Assembly: GCA_017380635.1 (NCBI GenBank)
Contig: JAFODP010000004.1
Coordinates: 22,828 to 86,827 of the forward strand
Length of the DNA stretch: 64,000 nucleotides
Direction of reading: 5' to 3'
From: Bacteroidales bacterium
GTDB lineage: Bacteria; Bacteroidota; Bacteroidia; Bacteroidales; UBA1402
Shown: one piece after another, positions 46,515 through 54,326 of the stretch
Numbering within the stretch: position 1 is the stretch's first letter
How the letters are laid out: each line of letters begins with the position of its first letter
The notes under the pieces: model-generated
The model's input: only the letters and a program-made list of their open reading frames with translations
Told to the model about the DNA's origin: nothing
Databases searched by the model: none
Program-made: the position numbers and the translations under genes

Positions 46515-47093
46515 TTAGATTTGCATTTGGTTGGCAAACTGGCGATATGCCAAGGCTTCTTCATAATATTCTCGGGCATCGGGACATAGCTGTTTACCCA
46601 TATCTATAACGATGCCGGAACTATTGGCCCGTTTGGCGTCGAAATCTTCTATCAAGCCATGGTCTTGAGCCGTTTGTTGCCATAGTGAGCCTTTTTTATG
46701 CGTTTCGCTGATGAGTTGCTCGGAGTTCATATTGCCATATTTTTGCATCACGGCAGCCATCACGGCCAGTTCTGCATCCGAAAATTCATCTTCTTCGAAA
46801 TCTCTTTTGGCATAGACTTTCACTCCCTTGCTTGTATTTTTAACGTCAATATATTCGTCCAAAATAACCGGCCCATCGGAAAGTTCCTCAAAAACATCTA
46901 CCGACACCGGCCCCAAGCGCCAAACTGAAAAAGGTATAGCCAAAAAGGGAATGTTATATTGCTGTACCATGCGTTCTTCCATGAGGAACAAAAGTTTCAA
47001 GACTTCTGTCTTATAGGGATATTTGGCATGTTGAGCAATATAAAGAATGGCATTTCCCAATTTTTTCTTGCTCGTTTCTGAAAATCTACACAT
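46515..47093 (-). CDS. Panacea (DUF4065 / SocA / GepA-like) domain protein, putative antitoxin
   Basis: KTEVLKLLFLMEERMVQQYNIPFLAIPFSVWRLGPVSVDVFEEL ... LSDAELAVMAAVMQKYGNMNSEQLISETHK matches the KLqKLLY...g.pl....f.aw..GPV core plus the later S...L...tH motif, as I remember this family. Confidence 0.6.
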   Translation of the reverse strand: MCRFSETSKKKLGNAILYIAQHAKYPYKTEVLKLLFLMEERMVQQYNIPFLAIPFSVWRLGPVSVDVFEELSDGPVILDEYIDVKNTSKGVKVYAKRDFEEDEFSDAELAVMAAVMQKYGNMNSEQLISETHKKGSLWQQTAQDHGLIEDFDAKRANSSGIVIDMGKQLCPDAREYYEEALAYRQFANQMQI

Positions 47094-47129
47094 AAATTTG
47101 GTTTATATTTTTCATGGATTAGTATTACT

Positions 47130-48359
47130 TTATCTCCTAATATGCAACTCAAAGGCTTCGGGATGCGCCTCGCAGAACGCTTTGGCGTCGTTTACGACGA
47201 GGGCGAGATAGCCACCGCCGCCGGCGCCGGGCATTTTCCATGCGAGCACGTCGGGCATAGCGCTGTATTGGGCAATGGTGGCTGCCACATAGCTGTTATC
47301 TTGCTCAGGATGACCAATGTAAGTAGGCTTAATCATGCCGGGAAACATGGCCACTTGGGCCTCGAAAGAATCCTTGTAAGCCGCAGCGAAGGCTGGCAAA
47401 TCGTGAGCGATGATAGCATTCCAACAAGCATCGGCTGCATCGGCAAGGGCCTTTACCTTGGCGGGCGTAATATCTTTTTCTTCCACCACCGAGCAACCGG
47501 GTTTGCGGGGTTCCATGGGCAGCATCACCAGATGTTCTTCCAAAAAGCGAAGCGTCATTTCGTCGTTGGTGCTTTCTATCTTGGCGGGCCAGAAGTTGTT
47601 GTTGTAATAATGTCTGCAAAGACCCGGCACACAAATACCGATGGCATCCTGGGCACCGGAGATATGTCCGTCCGTGCGCTCGGGATTGTTTTCGAAACAG
47701 AATACCAAACGGGCCAACATTTCGGGATCCATCTTGGGCAGCTTCATGGGCCAAATTTTCTGTATCATACTGCGAGTGCTGGTACTCAGGCCACAACGGT
47801 CGCGCACTTCGAAGGTGGGTTCCAAAGAAATGGTGATGGCCCAGCCGGGATGATGCATGCTTACATAAGGTTGGTCTATCCAAGTACCTGCCAAGTCCAG
47901 ACGCGTGGGAATACCCTTGCTATCGTCGGCTTTGTGGTCGTCTTGCTGCATGGCGGCCTTGAGCGAGCTGGAGCTGCGAGCCTGCAAACCTTCATGCGGG
48001 GTGCGTTGCAATTCGATGTACTCTATGCCTCTTTCTTCGCAGAGTTTGCGTTTGGTTTCGCTTCCACCTTCGGCATTCACCACGAAAATATCGGGTTGCA
48101 CCAAATCGAGCGTAGGGATAAAGTCGATAACGCCGCTACCTTCGTTGATATAGGCTTCCTTTACGGCTTTGATATTGCGCACCATAAACAAACGTTCCTC
48201 CTGAGGAAACATAGGTTTACGATGTTTGTATTCCAAATAAGTAGCGTCCGAACCGATGCCCACATACAAATCGCCATACTGCGAAGCTTGCTTGAAAAAC
48301 TCCACATGACCGCTGTGCAACAGGTCGTAACATCCACTGACAAATACTTTCTTAGCCAT
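47130..48359 (-). CDS. Fusion protein: cytidylyltransferase-like nucleotidyltransferase (TagD/RfaE-II type) + GHMP-kinase-like C-terminal domain
   Basis: The N-terminus KVFVSGCYDLLHSGHVEFFKQASQYGDLYVGIGSD carries the HxGH motif. The C-terminus has AWKMPGAGGGGYLALV (GHMP motif 3). A degenerate motif-2 region (RCGLSTSTRS) is also present. Confidence 0.7.
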   Translation of the reverse strand: MAKKVFVSGCYDLLHSGHVEFFKQASQYGDLYVGIGSDATYLEYKHRKPMFPQEERLFMVRNIKAVKEAYINEGSGVIDFIPTLDLVQPDIFVVNAEGGSETKRKLCEERGIEYIELQRTPHEGLQARSSSSLKAAMQQDDHKADDSKGIPTRLDLAGTWIDQPYVSMHHPGWAITISLEPTFEVRDRCGLSTSTRSMIQKIWPMKLPKMDPEMLARLVFCFENNPERTDGHISGAQDAIGICVPGLCRHYYNNNFWPAKIESTNDEMTLRFLEEHLVMLPMEPRKPGCSVVEEKDITPAKVKALADAADACWNAIIAHDLPAFAAAYKDSFEAQVAMFPGMIKPTYIGHPEQDNSYVAATIAQYSAMPDVLAWKMPGAGGGGYLALVVNDAKAFCEAHPEAFELHIRR

Positions 48360-48371
48360 ACTGCTTATTTG

Positions 48372-50822
48372 CTATTTTTTCTTGTTCTTGCTTTCGTAGC
48401 CATAGCCGTATCCGTAGCCATAACCATAGCCGTATCCGTAGCCATAACCATAGCCGTATCCGTAGCCATAACCATAGCCGTAACGACTCTTGCGTTTAGC
48501 ATAATCCACATCGTTGATAACGGTGGCCAACTTGTTGAATTTCTTCTGGTTCTGGAGCACGTTGATATAGGCGAAAGCCGCCTTGGGCGTATATTCCGAA
48601 CGACAAACATAAATACACATATCGGCCACGCGGCCTATGATAGCCGTATCGGCCACCATACCGATGGGCGCGGTGTCGAGCAGAATGTAGTCGTATTGGG
48701 TTTTCAGTTTTTCCATCATCACTTCCAAGGCGTTGCGGGCCACCAATTCCGTAGGGTTGGGAGGCACCGTACCACCGGGCAGAATGTGCAAGTTTTCACT
48801 CAATTCGGAAGTAAAAATAAAATCTTCTAAGCGGGTGCCTTCGGGATCGTTCAGGTAGTTGGAAACCCCATATTGTTTCTTGTTGAAACCGAAGGCCTTG
48901 TTCAAACCAGGTTTACGGATATCGGCACCGATCACCAAAGTTTTCTTGCCCAAATAAGCCAAACTGACAGCCAAGTTGGCGGTAACAAAACTCTTACCTT
49001 CACCAGGTTGCGAAGAAGTGACCAAAATAACTTGCTGCGTCTTGTCCAACATAAAGAGCACCTGGGTACGCAGGGCGCGGAAAGATTCTTCCATCATGTC
49101 GTTCTTGTTTTCGCGCACCAACACCGAACCAATCACCGGCGTTTGCTTGCGGCCGCTGGGCAATTCTGACAGCACGGGCACAGATGTGATTCTTTCCACG
49201 TCGGCACGGTCGTCAATCTTGAATTTGAGCAAGTCGCGCAAGTAGAGAATTGCAATGGGAGCACACAAACCCAACATCAAAGCCACCAGCATAATCATCA
49301 TGGAATTGGGTTCTACAGGGGCATTATCGGCCATAGCCTCAGCAATGATACGACCGTTGTTGGCAGTGGCAGAGAGCGTGATAGCGTTTTCTTCGCGCTT
49401 CTGCAACAAAGTGATATAGAGCGCCGCCTTGATTTCCTGCTGACGAGCGATAGACAGATATTCCTTTTCTTTTTCGGGAGCCTTGCTGATACGGCTTTGG
49501 AAAGAACCTGATTCTTTTTCGATGGCTTGTTTGCGAATCTGCAAACCATTCAACACGCTGGCCACGGTAGCTTCCACTGTATTGTACATGGTTTGGATAG
49601 AAGAAGTAACCGATACCACCACGGGGTTGCTTTCGGTAGAGGTGAGCAACAGTCGCTTGCGTTCAATCACCAAAGCATTGTATTGATCGATAACGGTAGA
49701 CAAATCGACATCCTTCAGGCCCACATTAGAAGGAATGATTTCACCTATATGTTCAGCCTTTGCCACGTAGTCGCGCAAGAATTCCACTAGAGAAATCTGG
49801 GTATTTACTTCGGTAAATTGTTGTTGATAAATCGAATTTTCCTGCAAAGCCAATTGGGCTTCCGATTCGATATCCGTCAGGCCGGAACGTTGTTTGAAGC
49901 TGGCCACTTCGCGGTCGGTGCTTTCCAGTTCTTCACCAATCACCAAAATACGTTCGTCGATAAAATCGGCAGTCTTTTGTGCCACGATATTCTTTTCGTC
50001 GTTGGCTTCTTTGTTGTAGAGTTCCACCAATTTGTTGATAAAATCTACCCCGCGTTTTTTCACGCTGTTCTTGATGGAGATATTGGCAATGGTAGTAAGC
50101 TTAGAAGTAGCTGAAACAGAGAGATTCCTGGAATAGCCACGTGCCACCGCAATAGGCGAAGCGATGTTGGTAATCATCTTGAAATTTTCGCTGATAGCCA
50201 CTTCCTGTTGAGGCTTGGTGAGCGTAATCACTCCATATTCGGAAGGAATGACGGCAGGCAGGCTGTCGAAAGCATAGCTAAACTCAAATTCCTGTTCGCC
50301 AATTTCGTAGCTCAGAAGCACATCCAATGTTCCGTTGGGACGGATAAGGCTTTCCAAACGAGCACCTTTGGGGAAATGGGCAGCATCTTCGGGCGTAATG
50401 AAAACATTCACCGGTTCGTTCTGATACAAAGGAATATCATAACCGAAAGATGATTTTTTGTAGGAATTGATATAGAGTTTCAAATCGGTCACCACATTCT
50501 TTACCAGCGTGCGGCTTTTGAGAATTTCCAACTCGTTTTCGAAAGAAGAAGTCATGGAGAAAGAACCCATGTTTTGCAAAGCCATCATGGCATCGGACAT
50601 TTGCGCACTGCGACGACCGTCTTTTTCCGTAATCAGCACCGAGGCAGAAGCATTGTACTGCGGCGTTTGGAAACGGGTATACACATAGGCAGCACTCACG
50701 CAAAGCACCACAGAAATGACAAACCAATACCAATGGCCCAAACATTTAAAGAACCATTCCACCAGATTGATACCGCCTTCTTCTTGAGCATCGGGGTTGT
50801 TATATACTTTGTTTTCTTCCAT
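48372..50822 (-). CDS. wzc: Polysaccharide co-polymerase / BY-tyrosine autokinase (Wzc/GumC-like) with a (YG)n C-terminal tail
   Basis: N-terminal Wzz-like domain with two TM segments and a coiled coil. Kinase Walker A: VTSSQPGEGKSFVTANLA. Walker A'/B: VLLDTAPIG. C-terminus: RY(GY)14ESKNKKK. Confidence 0.9.
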   Translation of the reverse strand: MEENKVYNNPDAQEEGGINLVEWFFKCLGHWYWFVISVVLCVSAAYVYTRFQTPQYNASASVLITEKDGRRSAQMSDAMMALQNMGSFSMTSSFENELEILKSRTLVKNVVTDLKLYINSYKKSSFGYDIPLYQNEPVNVFITPEDAAHFPKGARLESLIRPNGTLDVLLSYEIGEQEFEFSYAFDSLPAVIPSEYGVITLTKPQQEVAISENFKMITNIASPIAVARGYSRNLSVSATSKLTTIANISIKNSVKKRGVDFINKLVELYNKEANDEKNIVAQKTADFIDERILVIGEELESTDREVASFKQRSGLTDIESEAQLALQENSIYQQQFTEVNTQISLVEFLRDYVAKAEHIGEIIPSNVGLKDVDLSTVIDQYNALVIERKRLLLTSTESNPVVVSVTSSIQTMYNTVEATVASVLNGLQIRKQAIEKESGSFQSRISKAPEKEKEYLSIARQQEIKAALYITLLQKREENAITLSATANNGRIIAEAMADNAPVEPNSMMIMLVALMLGLCAPIAILYLRDLLKFKIDDRADVERITSVPVLSELPSGRKQTPVIGSVLVRENKNDMMEESFRALRTQVLFMLDKTQQVILVTSSQPGEGKSFVTANLAVSLAYLGKKTLVIGADIRKPGLNKAFGFNKKQYGVSNYLNDPEGTRLEDFIFTSELSENLHILPGGTVPPNPTELVARNALEVMMEKLKTQYDYILLDTAPIGMVADTAIIGRVADMCIYVCRSEYTPKAAFAYINVLQNQKKFNKLATVINDVDYAKRKSRYGYGYGYGYGYGYGYGYGYGYGYGYGYGYESKNKKK
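48396..48482. repeat. 24-bp tandem repeat (~3.6 copies) encoding the Wzc (YG)14Y tail
   Basis: GTAGCCATAACCATAGCCGTATCC repeats head to tail from 48396 to 48482. On the minus strand every codon pair is TAY GGN. Confidence 0.9.
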
Positions 50823-50830
50823 AATCTCTT

Positions 50831-51616
50831 TTACATTAAGATGTTAACCAAAAGTGAGGCAATAGACACCAACATAGAACCTGCGGTAAACCACAACGAA
50901 GTGGCGCTACCGATATCAGAGTTGCGGGCTTTCACCTTGTTGGGCGTCACATAGACCACGTCATTCTGTTGCAGATAATAGTAATCGGAGTTGATAATGT
51001 TGGCATCGTTCAGATTGAGGCTCACCACCATGCGTTCGCCATTGGCGTCTTCGCGAATCAGTTTCACGTCGTTGCGCACGCCCCAAACGGTCATATCGCC
51101 GGCCAAGGCAAGCGCTTCGAAGATGTTCACTTTTTCGTTGCTGACGGTGAAAGTTCCCGGATGGGCCACTTCGCCCAACACCGAGATTTTGTAATTAGCC
51201 ATACGCACCGTCACAATGGGCACTTCGTTGATATAAGGCTTCAAGCCTTCGCGAATCATGTTTTCGGCTTCCGTTTTGGTAAGACCGCCCACTTTCAGAC
51301 GACCCAAGACAGGAAAATCGATGCTACCTTCGTTGTCAACCAAATAAGTCATCAACATCGGGGATGAATATGTACTCGTACTTTTAATACTATAAGCCGT
51401 CTGGATAGTCAGGTTGAAAGGCAAAGCCACTTCCGGATCGGTACAGTTTACCGTAATGGTCAGCAGATCTTTCGGCATGATTTTGGCGTCGTACAGCGGT
51501 TTTTGCTCCAAAGTTACGGCGTCCACGTTCTGCATGTAAGGTACGCTCTTGTAAGAGGTACAGCTAGCCAAGCAAGCCACCAGCAAGATTGGCAAGATTC
51601 GTTTCAGCATTTTCAT
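50831..51616 (-). CDS. wza: Polysaccharide export outer-membrane protein (Wza/BexD/CtrA family)
   Basis: Lipoprotein-type signal ILLVACLASCTSY. PES motif region: LVDNEGSIDFPVLGRLKVGGLTKTEAENMIREGL. Soluble-ligand-binding repeats are also present. Confidence 0.88.
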   Translation of the reverse strand: MKMLKRILPILLVACLASCTSYKSVPYMQNVDAVTLEQKPLYDAKIMPKDLLTITVNCTDPEVALPFNLTIQTAYSIKSTSTYSSPMLMTYLVDNEGSIDFPVLGRLKVGGLTKTEAENMIREGLKPYINEVPIVTVRMANYKISVLGEVAHPGTFTVSNEKVNIFEALALAGDMTVWGVRNDVKLIREDANGERMVVSLNLNDANIINSDYYYLQQNDVVYVTPNKVKARNSDIGSATSLWFTAGSMLVSIASLLVNILM

Positions 51617-51630
51617 TTCGTATCGTATTA

Positions 51631-52086
51631 TTATTTCTTAAATCTAGCGAAAAAACCCTTCTTATGATGGCTTCTGTGATGGCTTCCATGACGAGAAGTC
51701 TGATAATCGTCGTCCTGGCCATTGTACATATCTTCGAAACTAAGCTTGTGCGTCACCATTTCGTAGATGCTTCCCCAATCGGGCAAACCACCGATGTTGC
51801 GGTCGTCGATAAAGAGATCGGCTTTGAGCTTGCGCGAAAAATGATTGTTCTTTTCGGCTTCTTCTTCGGGATAATCTCGGTTGACGGCGTAAAATTCCAG
51901 GCCACGTTCCTTGCACCATTGCACCGCCTCTTCGAGCAGTTCGCCTTCGCGTACCGACCACAATATCAGTTTATGACGATCTTCCTGCAAACGTTTGAGT
52001 GTTGCCACGGCAAAAGGAATTTCTTTACCGATGGCGGGATAAGCGTGTTCTACGATGGTGCCATCAAAATCGACTGCTATTCTCAT
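51631..52086 (-). CDS. Small HAD-superfamily-like hydrolase with a His-rich basic tail
   Basis: MRIAVDFDGTIV (DxDGT motif I), LILWSVR (motif II-like), FIDDRN (motif IV-like). C-terminus: SRHGSHHRSHHKKGFFARFKK. Confidence 0.55.
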   Translation of the reverse strand: MRIAVDFDGTIVEHAYPAIGKEIPFAVATLKRLQEDRHKLILWSVREGELLEEAVQWCKERGLEFYAVNRDYPEEEAEKNNHFSRKLKADLFIDDRNIGGLPDWGSIYEMVTHKLSFEDMYNGQDDDYQTSRHGSHHRSHHKKGFFARFKK

Positions 52087-52103
52087 GTTGATGTTGTATT
52101 AAA

Positions 52104-52685
52104 TTAGTCTTCTATTACTTCGAGCCAGTCGGCTTGTACTTCAAAACTGGCACTGAGATAACCGGGAACATCCACCAGGAAACATTTGTTGCGTCGTCCT
52201 TGGGGGCGCGCCAGAATGCCCACCACCCCATTGCTGGGATTGTCTTTGTCGGCATGCACACGCACTTTGCTTCCGGCTTTGATTTGTCTGAATTCCTGCG
52301 GTTGATAATAATGTTTGAGGCTGAGCTGCGTCATGGCAAGCATGAAGTTTTCCATTTCGCGAAAGGGCACCACCATCAGCTGATGATAACCGCTGCACTT
52401 GAATTTGAACTGCACCTGCCCGAACACAGATTCCACAAAATCGGCAATCTGTTGGCGACTGCCTTTGGCAAAAAACAAATCGCCCAAGACCGGCTGCAAA
52501 GATTTTCGCAGTTTACCTCCTCGCTGACAGAGTTGTTCCTGCATGGGTCGAAACACCGCTATGCCTTTTTGTTGCATCGTATCCAACAAAGTCTGCACTT
52601 GTTCGGAATGATACTGATTGCGTTTGGCAAAGCGCATCACATACCAAGCAACTAGTTCGTCCTGCATGCGAATTTGGTCTGACAT
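52104..52685 (-). CDS. UpxY-family (NusG/RfaH-like) capsule-locus transcription antiterminator
   Basis: ATG at 52685 (MSDQIRMQDELVAWYVMRFAKRN...). It has an NGN-like N-terminus and a KOW-like C-terminus (KAGSKVRVHADKDNPSNGVVGIL). It is the first gene of the CPS locus, as is typical for Bacteroidales. Confidence 0.8.
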   Translation of the reverse strand: MSDQIRMQDELVAWYVMRFAKRNQYHSEQVQTLLDTMQQKGIAVFRPMQEQLCQRGGKLRKSLQPVLGDLFFAKGSRQQIADFVESVFGQVQFKFKCSGYHQLMVVPFREMENFMLAMTQLSLKHYYQPQEFRQIKAGSKVRVHADKDNPSNGVVGILARPQGRRNKCFLVDVPGYLSASFEVQADWLEVIED

Positions 52686-52841
52686 CGAGCCCTTTTGTTG
52701 ATTTTTGGGTATAGTTATGAATCCTCCGAATAGCAATAAAACGCTATAACAGAGCAATTTACAAACATTATTAATCTTTTTTCGTCTTGTTTTGCCTGCT
52801 GATTCGGATTTTCCACCCGAAAGAAAACACTACAAGTCGAG

Positions 52842-52849
52842 CAAAGATA
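52842..52849 (-). promoter_or_regulatory. Candidate -7 box (TATCTTTG) of the capsule-locus promoter
   Basis: CAAAGATA on the plus strand equals TAnnTTTG on the minus strand. It lies about 157 nt upstream of the upxY ATG, consistent with the long 5' leaders of Bacteroidales CPS operons. There is no exact -33 TTTG. Confidence 0.3.
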
Positions 52850-52916
52850 AAGAATAAGTTTTGAAAACTAAGGGATTATTAGGCTTTTTTTCGTTATTTT
52901 TAGCTAACACTTTGGT

Positions 52917-54305
52917 TCACTCAGAAAGATTCAAGAAATGATATCCGTAGCGCGAACGATGGGTCAGCAACAAAACGATTGAAAGAATGGCAGACAAACA
53001 TTCGGCCACCACCACGGCCCACCAAATGCCTTCCATGCCGAAAATCAGGGGCAAAAGCAAGACGCATCCGCACTCGAAAATGATGGTTCGACTCATGGAA
53101 ATGAGTGCCGACACAGGGCCGTTGTTCAAAGAAGTAAAAAAGGATGAAGCATAAATATTGAGACCCGTCACTAAAAAATGCAGCGAATAAATACGGAATC
53201 CATGAATGGTAAGTTGCATCAAATCGAGATCGTAGCCCACAAAGATGCGTGCCAGCGCCGGCGCCGTAGTTTGCGCCATCAACACCACACTCACGCCCAG
53301 GATAGCCATCACCATCAGGCTTTTGCGCAAGAGCGAAGACACTTCCTGATGGTTCTGCGCACCAAAATGAAAACTCACCACCGGCGACACGCCCACGCTA
53401 TAACCCAAATAGAGCGACACAAATATCCAGGTGAAATACATAATGATGCCGTAAGCCGCCACGCCGTTCTCGCCTATCTCGCTCATCAACTGATACATAT
53501 AGAGCATGCTCACCAGCTGCATGGAGATATTCATCACAAATTCGGAGAGTCCGTTGCTGGCCACTTTCCACAGACTGCGGGCGTAAAAACCCAACTTGGC
53601 CCGAAATCGTCGGATGGTCACCAGGCGCAAGGGCCGTTTATCGTCTTTCGATTTGAAAATGAAGCAGAGCAAAGGTATGAATCCGCCCACCACGTAGCTG
53701 CAGGAAGTAGCCCAGGCAGCGCCTTCCAAGCCCCAATCGAGCACGGCGATAAAGATCACATCGAGTAGCACATTGGTAACGCCGGCAGCAATCATCAGCC
53801 ACATGCCGAGTTTAGGTCGTTCGGCCGTCACCAGAAAAGATTGGAAATAGATTTGCAAAGCGTAAGGCGGCAGACAGATAAGCAAAATGCGTCCGTAATC
53901 GACACAATAGGCTATCATGTCGCCTTCGGCTCCGAGGAAAATGGCGATATCTTTCAGAAAAACAACACCGCCCAAGCCCAAAACAACCGAGAAAATAATG
54001 AGCGTATAGGTGATGAAACTGAAAATTTCGTTGGCCTTGTCTTGTTTTCCTTCGCCCAAAGTTTTGGCTACCAAAGCGCTACCACCCGTTCCGAACATAA
54101 AACCGAATGCGCTCAGCAAGCCGACGAAGGGCCAGATAAGATTGAGCGCAGCAAAAGGTGTTTTGCCCACAAAATTGGACACCATCACGCCGTCCACCAC
54201 GCCGTAAAGCGCAGAGACAAGCATCATCAGCACCGAAGGCCAGGTGAATCGTCCCAGCCTTCGGTAAGTAAAATGATCGGAAAGTTGTATCGCGGTTTTA
54301 GCCAT
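52917..54305 (-). CDS. MATE family efflux transporter
   Basis: 12-TM protein. The N-terminus LGRFTWPSVLMMLVSALYGVVDGVMVSNFVGKTPFAALNL is typical of MATE/NorM transporters. Confidence 0.85.
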   Translation of the reverse strand: MAKTAIQLSDHFTYRRLGRFTWPSVLMMLVSALYGVVDGVMVSNFVGKTPFAALNLIWPFVGLLSAFGFMFGTGGSALVAKTLGEGKQDKANEIFSFITYTLIIFSVVLGLGGVVFLKDIAIFLGAEGDMIAYCVDYGRILLICLPPYALQIYFQSFLVTAERPKLGMWLMIAAGVTNVLLDVIFIAVLDWGLEGAAWATSCSYVVGGFIPLLCFIFKSKDDKRPLRLVTIRRFRAKLGFYARSLWKVASNGLSEFVMNISMQLVSMLYMYQLMSEIGENGVAAYGIIMYFTWIFVSLYLGYSVGVSPVVSFHFGAQNHQEVSSLLRKSLMVMAILGVSVVLMAQTTAPALARIFVGYDLDLMQLTIHGFRIYSLHFLVTGLNIYASSFFTSLNNGPVSALISMSRTIIFECGCVLLLPLIFGMEGIWWAVVVAECLSAILSIVLLLTHRSRYGYHFLNLSE

Positions 54306-54326
54306 AAAGCTTTGCCCATCGGCCTT

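Noticed and set aside
47142-48830. A 562-aa plus-strand ORF, the longest ORF without an obvious family, with a striking AIAVSVAITIAVSVAITIAV repeat.
   Set aside because: It is entirely antisense to two well-supported minus-strand genes (the nucleotidyltransferase-GHMP fusion and wzc). Its repeat is just the reverse reading of the (YG)n tandem repeat. The composition is low-complexity (H/G/F/V-rich) with no start context.
52686-52916. Possible invertible (shufflon-type) capsule promoter, as in Bacteroides fragilis.
   Set aside because: Only a 7-bp inverted pair (TCCGAAT at 52723-52729 and ATTCGGA at 52802-52808) was found, and it does not flank the candidate -7 box. No serine or tyrosine invertase gene lies nearby. 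The evidence is insufficient.
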